64,000 nt of DNA from Eledone cirrhosa (Eukaryota): NCBI GenBank assembly GCA_964016885.1, contig CAXHJY010001474.1, positions 20,431 through 84,430 on the forward strand. Direction: 5' to 3'. Below, in pieces: positions 54,589 through 64,000 of the stretch. The notes beneath the pieces were generated by a model that ran no database searches, was not told where the DNA came from, and saw only the letters and a program-made list of their open reading frames with translations. Both the position numbers and the translations under genes were made by a program. Within the stretch, counting starts at the first letter, position 1. Each line of letters starts with the position of its first letter.

Positions 54589-54858
54589 CGAAGGAAATGT
54601 GGTAAGGAACCAGGTGGACCATAACGCACCAAAGTACTCAATACTTAGGGTAGTAGAGTGGGTAATAGGAACGAGTAGGACCCCGACGGCTGAGCTCAAG
54701 CCGTTTCGACGGCTAATTCTGGATGAAAGGCAAAGTTAACCTCGTCGGGATTTGAACTCAGAATGGCAAGGGCCGTAACTCTATGCTAGAAAGCAGAATT
54801 AGTCCAGAATTAGCCGTCGAAACGGCTTGAGCTCAGCCGTCGGGGTCCTACTCGTTCC
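54587..54858 (-). mobile_element. F1 fold-back copy with an S1 SINE fragment at the turnaround
   Basis: Arms flank the SINE piece 54721-54795. Confidence 0.85.
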
Positions 54859-55449
54859 TATATATATATAAATATATATATATATTGTTATACTTTGGGG
54901 GGGGGGGTCATGTTGCCAATAAGAAACACACGCACCAGTTGCTTTCACTCCAATTGATTATAAATTAAATTTATAAATTTAAGAATTTATAAATTTCCGG
55001 TTGGTTGGTTGGTTCCATAACCGGACGGTTGTTCATATATTGTCAAAGTTCTTTCGTCACACGTTCTGTGACCTCTTCAGTGACTGCGGATTTTTTTTCT
55101 TTGTTTTTGTGCCTCTCCTTTGTTCTGTCCTACACCATCTTGTTTTTGTATATATAAACATATATATATATAAATGGAAAAGAATGAAACGAAATTTCAT
55201 TTCTCACTCTTAGTACGACTGATACTTAAATGTAAGTATGTATACGTACATATATATATGTATACAGACGTACAGTAGTATGTATATACATACATACATG
55301 CACACATATATATATGTACGTATGGGTTTACCGAACATTTATTATAATGTTCGGTTTGTTTTTTTGTAAACAAACAAACAGCCCGAATTACGCCGTACAT
55401 TGTTCAGGAAAAACCATCGTCGCCCTTTTGTTCAACACTGACACAGGAA

Positions 55450-55490
55450 CGATGTACTAGTTTCAAGCTTATTAGCTATCGTTAGCATCG
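55450..55490 (-). ncRNA. Hammerhead motif of family F2 (core variant CTAACGA)
   Basis: Reverse complement CGATG-CTAACGA-TAGCTAATAAGCTT-GAAA-CTAG-TA|CATCG. Confidence 0.65.
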
Positions 55491-55733
55491 TATACCTTCC
55501 TGCCAGATGATTGAACGTCTGAAAGTATATACTTTCCTTATGCATATTAACGGCTGAGCAGCCTAATTTGCATATCGAGTAAGTTAGTCGCCCGGGCGCA
55601 CCGAAAACGATAAATGGAAAAGAATGAAACGAAATTTCATTTCTCACTCTTAACCCATACGTACATATATATATGTGTGCATGTATGTATATATATACAT
55701 ACTACTGTACATCTGTATACATACATACTTACA

Positions 55734-55782
<49 letters not shown>

Positions 55783-55787
<5 letters not shown>

Positions 55788-55976
55788 GATCGTCTGAGAA
55801 GTTCATAGGCTGACTATGAAGGTGTGATGCTCGGAGCTGTGAAATCTTGCATGCATTAATTTCAACTCTTATTAGTAACTACATTATTTTTTTTTTCAGG
55901 GACTATGTTGGAAAATAAACCTCATTTGGCCATTCCATGAGAGTACCTTGGTCAGCCAATGAACTGTTCAGCCGTT
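55783..55976. mobile_element. Mariner-type MITE
   Basis: Imperfect TIRs TGAGGATCGTCTGAGAAGTTCATAGGCTGAC / GTCAGCCAATGAACTGTTCAGCCG next to a TA tract. Confidence 0.6.
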
Positions 55977-56530
55977 TGCTACTACATACTTTAAAATGAC
56001 AAATCACCATGAAAGAGTTGATACAATTACAACCATGTGTCACCCCAGTTATATCAGCAGATTCTTGGGGGAAATCAGTAAAAGCCAAAGATTTCCTCGA
56101 TTCAAGTTAAACATGAAGAATTTTGATAAATTTCTTACAGGAAGTTCTTTAGATCCCCTACTGTTCCTTTTCACCCTTTTCCTTTTACCAAATTTGTTTG
56201 GGTTTGGGGTCGAGGGGTTTGAAGGAAGGGGTGTGTTTGTTATTGGTTGTTGTTGTTGTTTTGCGGGGTATTTTGACGGGGTTGTTTGTTTTGGTTGTTT
56301 GTTTTTTTTATGTCTTTTGATGTCTGACGTTCACCAAAATGACTTCTCGGTTCCAAATTCTGAAGACAAGCTCAGATAAAGGAACACAGCAAACAGGAAA
56401 CACAGTGTGTGTGTGTTTCTAAGACATATTTCTTCTGGCTGTGATAGCGATTTAGTCTAGTGTCGGATGAAACAAGGCTGTTGGGGCTGTTTCTATGCTC
56501 AGAGAGAGAGAGAGGAGGAGAGAGAGAGAG

Positions 56531-56571
<41 letters not shown>

Positions 56572-56631
56572 CAGGCAGACAGAAAGAGAGGGAGACAGTG
56601 AGAGAGAAAGAGAGAGACAGAGAGACACCCA

Positions 56632-56690
<59 letters not shown>

Positions 56691-56785
56691 AGACATAAAG
56701 AGAGAGACAGAGGCAGATAGAGAGAGACAGAGAAACAGACAGACAAACAGATATATATAGAGAGATAGATAGATAGATAGATATG

Positions 56786-57917
56786 TTTCTTTATTAGCCA
56801 CAGGGGCACAAAAGAAGGGTACAAATACAAAGGGGGAAGTTTACATACAATAAAAACGTGTAAAAACAAATGCAATTTAAAAAATTAGTCGATTTTCCCC
56901 AATAGGGGGAGAAAGTTCATATGGGTAACACATACCCCCGAAAAAATGTGCAACCCTCATCTGCAGGAGTACGAAGAGTTTGTACTCCTTTCCTCTCCTC
57001 CTCTTTTTCCTCAACCTACAGGCTGATATAGAGAGAAGGCCCATTCACTCGGGCCATTCTCGCCACTTTCACCCAGCTTTCATAAAACTTGCTGGGGTAC
57101 AGCACCTCTCTCTCCATCCTGATTCTTCTTCCAAAGTGGTATTTGAAAAAAAGAATCAGTTGTTGGCCGGAGAGAAAGGTGTCTGACCTCAGCCCTTTCA
57201 ACCTTGTCCACCATACAACCTCTTTCGCCATAGCTATCACACAAAGGAAAACCGCCTCTCCTTCGTTTCTGAAGGAGGGTGGCGGTTTGATCATGACAAT
57301 GGATTCGATGGTCAACCGGATTGGTCCCACCCGCGACAATAGTCGTTCTACATAGCCCCACAGGTCAGTGACGCCCGGGCAGTGTATGAATGCGTGCGCG
57401 ACGGTTTCTTCGTCTCGCACGCACCTCGGACAGATCTTTTTTGCAGGGTCCCTGCCCGGGAGCCCATGTCTGTAGAGCTTGTCTCGAACTGGTAGAGCTC
57501 CTCGGTAGCACTGCCAGGCCAGGGACTTTTGGAAGTTGTCCATCGGTCCCGGACGGAAGGTCCTACCGAACAGACTGGCCAGTTCATCTTCCTCTACGCC
57601 TAGAGTTTCACCGAGCGCGTCGTCGCACTTGCTGCGGATCAACCCTCTATAGAATGACGAAGTGGAGTCTCCACTGATCGCCGGGTCCGCCTGCCAGAGG
57701 GCTGTGAGCGCCTGAGCACATTCGATGTGCCAGTCGCCCATTTTCCTCGGTCTTTGCTTGACCCAGGACTGCAGCTCGGTCAGCGAGACGAGTCGTGGGA
57801 AGGCTCGCCTCACGAACGGGGCCCACACCGGTTGTCCAGTGAGGAATACGTAGAGATGCCGCAGCCTGAGCGCGTGTTTGCGCATCGTCAGCTACGGCAT
57901 CCCCAACCCTCTGTTAG

Positions 57918-57919
<2 letters not shown>
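56786..57919 (-). mobile_element. 5'-truncated Tx1/L1-like LINE in (GATA)n
   Basis: 3' UTR ending GGCTAATAAAGAAA plus C-terminal ORF; (GATA)n on both sides. Confidence 0.85.
57016..57885 (-). pseudogene. LINE ORF2 C-terminal fragment with zf-RVT-like CCHC motif
   Basis: LAWQCYRGALPVRDKL...CPRC...ETVAHAFIHC; upstream GLGMP* (in-frame stop); RT domain absent. Confidence 0.85.
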
Positions 57920-57959
<40 letters not shown>

Positions 57960-57961
57960 TG

Positions 57962-58196
57962 TTTCTTTATTAGCCACAGGGGCACAAAAGAAGGGGACAA
58001 TACAAAGGGGGAAGTTTACATACAATAAAAACGTGTAAAATGTTATCACAAATGCAATTTAAAAAGTCAGTCGATTTTCCTGACAGTTCATATGGGTAAC
58101 ACATACCCCCGAAAAAATGTGCAACCCTCTACTCCAGGAGTACGAAGAGTTTGTACTCCTTTCCTCTCCTCCTCCTTTTCCTCAACCTACAGGCTG

Positions 58197-58197
<1 letters not shown>
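57962..58197 (-). mobile_element. Third, shorter copy of the same LINE 3' end
   Basis: 3' UTR only, flanked by (GATA)n. Confidence 0.85.
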
Positions 58198-58246
<49 letters not shown>

Positions 58247-60199
58247 GTGTCACTACTGGTACCAATTATTACTGTCTATATATAGTATCAGGAAGGCCCG
58301 AAATGGCAGAGTCGTTAGAACGTCAGATAGAATTATTTATCCCCTCAACCACCTACCACCATTGGTAATTTGTACCCCCAACACATGTCTCTCCCCCACC
58401 CATCTACAACCACTGATTATATATGCCCCTATCTCACGTCCACCACATCCACCTAGTCCATCTCATGTCCACCACCCATCTCACCTACCCCCTCACGTCC
58501 ACCACACCCACCTACACTCTCACACCCACCTACCCTCACACGTCCACCACACCCCCCACAGGCTATTTGTCCACCAGGTCACCGCCACTGGTCACTCTTA
58601 TTCACTTGATTAACGCACGAATCTATCAATGGTGACGACCAAACCAGAGTCGGGACAATTGTCAACAAACGATGACAGCCACAACATCACACAACAGATT
58701 GATTACATTGGCGTTTAGTAATTGATGACGACGATAAGAACGGCCATGACGACGATGGAAACGCTGATGGTGGTGGTGGTGGTGATTATGGCGGTGGTGG
58801 TGATGGTGATGTTAGTTGTGGTGGTGGTGGTGGTGGTGGTGGTGGTGGCGGTGGTGGTGATGTTAGTGGTGGTGATGTTAATGGCGGTGGCGGTGGTGGT
58901 GGTGGTGGTGGTAGCGGTGGTTTAGGGGGGTAAATCTGACAGTGATCAAGAAGTTGATGACGATAATGGTAAGTGTGATGATGATTATAACTATGAAGGA
59001 GAAGGAAGAAGACGATGGCGGTGGGGGGTGATGATGATGATGATCATCATCATCATCATCATCATCCTCATCCTCATCCTCATCATCATCATCATCATCA
59101 TCATGTGGAGGACGAGAAAGAGGAAGACGATGGCGGTGGTGGGGATGATGGTGATGATGGTAAGGGTGATGATGATGATGATGTGGAGGAGGAGGAGAAG
59201 GAGGAAGACGATGGCAGTGGTGGTGGGGATGATGGTGATGTTGCCAGATGACAACAACATTGGATGTTGACCATCACCAGCTAATCACATCTCTTCTACA
59301 CCCAACACCATTAATAGCAACAACAACACCAACAACATGACACAACAACAACACCAACACCACCCTCAACAACAACAACAACACCCACAACAACAAAAAC
59401 AACAACACCAACAATAATAACAGCACCACCAACAACAACAACAACACCCCAACAACAACAACAACAACAACACCAACAACAACACCAACAATAATAACAG
59501 CACCACCACCACCACCAACAACAACAACACCCTCAACAACAACACCAACAACACCAACAACACCCTCAACAACAACAACAACAACAAACCCTCAACAACA
59601 ACACCACCCTCAACAACAACAACAAAACGATGTGACCAACACCACCCTCACCTCCCTCCCTAAACTGTACCAAAAATTTTCAATTGAACATTCTAGAAAT
59701 GACTTCCTGTTCTATCTGTTATGTCATCTATTAACCACGTGATGGAGGGTGTGGGGCATGTATGTGGGGAGAGTCTGTGAAAGAGAGAATTGGGGGGAGG
59801 GGGTTGGTGTGTAGGGAGTAGGGAAGAGGGGAGTCTATGAAAGAGAGTATGTATGGGAGGGAGATGGTGGGGGAGAGGGAGTGGGGTGGGAGTGTGTAGG
59901 AGAGTGTGTGGGGGAGTATGCAGGGGGTTTATATGTGTAGGAGTGTGTGTGTAGGAGAGAGTTTGTGAGTGTGTGGGAGTGTGTGTAAGGATGTGTGTGT
60001 AGGAGAGTGTGTGAGTGTGTGTAGGAGAGAGTGTGTGAGTGTGGGTGGATGCGTGGAGCGTGTGTAAAGCTATGTGTGTGGTGTGTGTGAGGAGAGTGTG
60101 TAGGTGTGTGAGTGTGTGGAGGAGAGAGTATGTGGGTGTGTGGGAGTGGGTGTGTGAGAGTGTGTAGGTGGGGTGTGTGGGTGTATGTGGAAGTGTGTG

Positions 60200-61900
60200 T
60201 GAGAGTGTGTGTATGTGTGAGAGAGTAGATATATGTGTGTGAGAGTGTGTATGTGTGTGAGAGAGTGTGTATGTGTGTGAGAGAGTGTGTATGTGTGTGA
60301 GAGAGTGTGTATGTGTGTGAGAGTGTGTATGTGTGAGTGTGTGTATGTGTGTGAGAGTGTGTAAGTGTGAGAGAGTGTGTGTATGTGTGTGAGAGAGTGT
60401 GTATGTGTGAGAGAGTGTGTATGTGTGAGAGAGTGTGTATGTGAGAGAGTGTGTAAGTGTGAGAGAGTGTGTGTGTGTGTGTATGTGTGAGAGAGTGTAT
60501 GTATGTGAGAGAGTGTAAGTGTGAGAGAGTGTGTATGTGTGAGAGAGTGTGTAAGTGTGAGAGAGTGTGTATGTGTGTGAGAGAGTGTGTATGTGTGAGA
60601 GAGTGTGTATGTGTGAGAGAGTGTGTATGTGTGAGAGCGTGTGTAAGTGTGAGAGCGTGTGTAAGTGTGAGAGAGTGTGTATGTGTGTGAGAGAGTGTGT
60701 ATGTGTGAAAGAGTGTGTATGTGTGAGAGTGTGTGTATGTGTGAGAGAGTGTGTATGTGTGAGAGTGTGTGTATGTGTGAGAGAGTGTGTAAGTGTGAGA
60801 GTGTGTGTATGTGTGAGAGAGTGTGTATGTGTGAGAGAGTGTGTATGTGTGAGTGTGTGTATGTGTGAGAGAGTGTGTATGTGTGAGAGAGTGTGTATGT
60901 GTGAGTGTGTGTATGTGTGAGAGAGTGTGTATGTGTGAGAGAGTGTGTAAGTGTGAGAGAGTGTGTATGTGTGAGAGAGTGTGTATGTGTGAGAGAGTGT
61001 GTGTATGTGTGTGAGAGAGTGTGTATGTGTGAGAGAGTGTGTATGTGTGAGTGTGTGTATGTGTGAGAGAGTGTGTATGTGTGAGAGAGTGTGTAAGTGT
61101 GAGAGAGTGTGTGTATGTGTGTGAGAGAGTGTGTATGTGTGAGAGAGTGTGTATGTGTGAGAGAGTGTGTATGTGTGAGAGTGTGTGTATGTGTGAGAGA
61201 GTGTGTATGTGTGAGAGAGTGTGTATGTGTGAGAGAGTGTGTAAGTGTGAGAGAGTGTGTGTGTGTGTGTGTATGTGTGAGAGAGTGTATGTGTGAGAGA
61301 GTGTGTATGTGTGAGAGAGTGTGTATGTGTGTGAGAGTGTGTATATGTGAGAGAGTAGGTGTGTGTGAGAGAGTGGGTATGTGTGTGTGAGAGAGTGTGT
61401 GTATGTGTGTGAGAGAGTGTGTATGTGTGTGAGAGGTGTATGTGTGTGAGAGAGTGTAAGTGTGAGAGAGTGTGTATGTGTGAGAGTGTGTAAGTGTGTG
61501 AGAATGTGTAAGTGTGAGAGAGTGTGTAAGTGTGAGAGTGTGTGTATGTGTGAGAGAGTGTGTATGTGTGAGAGAGTGTGTATGTGTGTGAGAGTGTGTA
61601 TATGTGAGAGAGTAGGTGTGTGTGAGAGAGTGGGTATGTGTGTGTGAGAGAGTGTGTGTATGTGTGTGAGAGAGTGTGTATGTGTGTGAGAGGTGTATGT
61701 GTGTGAGAGAGTGTAAGTGTGAGAGAGTGTGTATGTGTGAGAGTGTGTAAGTGTGTGAGAATGTGTAAGTGTGAGAGAGTGTGTAAGTGTGAGAGTGTGT
61801 GTATGTGTGAGAGAGTGTGTATGTGTGTGAGAGAGTGTATGTGTGAGAGAGTAGGTGTGTGTGAGAGAGTGTGTGTATGTGTGTGAGAGGGTGTAAGTGT
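60200..61900. repeat. About 18-bp GTGTATGTGTGAGAGAGT minisatellite
   Basis: Directly visible; source of the His/Thr/Ser ORFs. Confidence 0.9.
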
Positions 61901-61994
61901 GGGGGGTGTGAGAGGGTAGGTGTGTGTGATGTTTCATATCTCATATTTTGGTAAATAACATAATTCTTTGTAAATACACTATTTTGTTTTCTTC

Positions 61995-63020
61995 ATCTTG
62001 TTGTTGTTGTCATCGTTGTTGTTGGTGTTGTTGGCGTTGTTATTGTTGGTGGTGTTGTTGTTGTTGTCATCGTTGGTGTTGTTGTTGTTGGTGGTGGTGT
62101 TGTTGGTGTTGGTGTTGTTGTTGTTGTCATCGTTGTTGTTGTTGTTGTTGTCATTGTTGGTGTTGTTGGTGGTGTTGTTGTTGGTGTTGTTGTTGTTGGT
62201 GGTGGTGTTGTTGTTGGTGTTGTTGTTGGTGGTGGTGGTGTTGTTGTTGGTGTTATTGTTGTTGTTGTCATTGTTGGTGTTGTTGTTGTTGTTATTGTTG
62301 GTGTTGTTATCGTTGTTGTTGTTGGTGTTGTTGTTGTTGGTGTTGTTGTTGTCATCGTTGGTGTTGGTGTTGTTATTGGTGTTGTTGTTGTTGCTGTTGT
62401 CATTGTTGGTGTTGGTGTTGTTGTTGTTATTGTTGGTGTTGTTGTTGTTGTTGTTGTCATCGTTGGTGTTGTTGTTGTTGTTGTTGTCATTGTTGGTGTT
62501 GTTGTTGTTGTCATCGTTGGTGTTGGTGTTGTTGTTGTTGTCATTGTTGGTGTTGTTGTTGTCATCGTTGGTGTTGTTGTTGGTGTTGGTGTTGTTGTTG
62601 TCATTGTTGTTGTTGTTGTTGGTGTTGTTGTTGTTGTCATCGTTGGTGTTGGTGTTGTTGTCATTGTTGGTGTTGTTGTTGTCATCGTTGGTGTTGGTGT
62701 TGTTGTCATTGTTGGTGTTGTTGTTGTTGTTGTTGTTGGTGTTGGTGTTGTTGTTGTTGTTGGTGTTGTTGTCATTGTTGGTGTTGTTGTTGTTGTCATT
62801 GTTGGTGTTTTTGTTGTTGTTGGTGTTGGTGTTGTTGTTGTTGTTGTCATTGTTGGTGTTGGTGTTGTTGTTGTTGTTGTTATCGTTGGTCTTGTTATTC
62901 TCATCGTTGTTGTTGTTGTTGTCATCGTTATTGTTGGTGCTATCATCGTTGGTGTTGTTGTTGTTGTTGTTGTTATTGGCGGTGTTGTTATTGTTATTGT
63001 TGTTATTGTTTGTTGTTGTT
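61995..63020. repeat. (TGT/GGT)n array
   Basis: Directly visible. Confidence 0.9.
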
Positions 63021-63052
63021 ATTTGTTCTTTGTGGTCTTATTCCTATTATTG

Positions 63053-63268
63053 GGGGGTTGGCAGTATCCGTAGAGCGTCAGACACCATGCTTTGCAGTAT
63101 AGAGTTTCGGCCCTTTACGTCATGGGTTGAAATCTCATCCAGGTTGGCTCTGCTTTTCATCCTTACGGGGTTGGTAAAATAAAGTACCAGTAATCCACTG
63201 TGGTTGATTTAATCGACTTTCCCCTCCCCCAAAATGATTGACCTTGGGCTTTAATAAGAAACTATTAT
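63053..63268 (+). mobile_element. Diverged S1-related SINE
   Basis: TGGCAGTATCCGTAGAGC head and TTTCATCCTTACGGGGTTGGTAAAATAAAGTACCAGT core. Confidence 0.75.
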
Positions 63269-64000
63269 TGTTCTTAGCGTTGTTGATGTTGTTGCTGTTG
63301 GTGGTGACGGTGAAGGTAATGGTGATGAGGTGGTGGTGGTGGTGGCGGTGATGGAGATGATGGTGATGGTGATGAGGTGATGGTGGTGGTAGTGGTGATG
63401 ATAGTGGTGGTGAAGTTGATGGTGATGATGGTGATGGTGGTGGTAGTGGTGATGATGGTGGTGGGATGGTGGTGACGGTGAAGGTGATGGTGATGAGGTG
63501 ATGGTGGTGGTGGCGGTGATGATAGTGGTGGTGAAGGTGGTGATGGTGATGGTGATGATGGTGGTGATAGTGGTGTGTTGATGGTGATGATGGAGATGGT
63601 GTTGGTAATAGTTGTTGTAATTGTTGTTATTTAATATCCTTTGCTAATAATTCATATCACATGACAGCCCCCCACCCCCCCTTACCCACACATGGGTGGG
63701 AGTGAGGTGAGGTGGGTGGTACTGCTGGGGGCCAATGGTGGCCTTTGTTGTTGTTGGTGATGGTGTTGTAGTGGTGGTCTTCCTGTTGGTTGTTGATGGT
63801 GGTGTGATGGTGTTGTTGTTAGTGGTGGTGGTGGTGGGGGCTGTGGTAGTAGCGGTGATAGTAGTGGCGATGATAATGTTGGTGATGATGATGGTGATGG
63901 TGCTTGGTGTTGTTGTTGGTGGCGGTGGTGGGAGTGAGGGTGATGGTGATGGTAATCATTGTTGTTGACGGTGGAGGTGGTGGTGGTAGTAGTGGTGGCG

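Noticed and set aside
59835-63182. Long His/Thr/Ser-rich and Cys/Trp-rich ORFs
   Set aside because: Products of an 18-bp minisatellite and a (TGT)n array.

Overview
Eukaryotic, repeat-saturated genomic DNA. The SINE/LINE repertoire and extreme (TA)n/(CA)n/(GA)n/trinucleotide content suggest a coleoid cephalopod such as Octopus (inference). Almost all ORF-track entries are microsatellite artefacts, and no host protein-coding gene is supportable. Real coding content is one apparently intact RTE-clade LINE (APE + RT + PHD-like finger, 40576-43821), a Penelope-like GIY-YIG fragment, Tx1/L1-like 3' fragments sitting in (GATA)n and an old RTE fragment. There are also two tRNA-derived SINE families, a non-autonomous Helitron, two Tc1/mariner MITEs and several minisatellites. 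The main hidden signal is about 20 minimal type-I hammerhead ribozyme motifs (CUGANGA...GAAA-palindrome-UH), read by eye on both strands. They belong to many unrelated small non-coding elements embedded in (TA)n tracts, often arranged as long fold-back palindromes, which suggests a diverse Penelope-derived or retrozyme-like ribozyme-element population. Coordinates were read by eye and may be off by a few bases.
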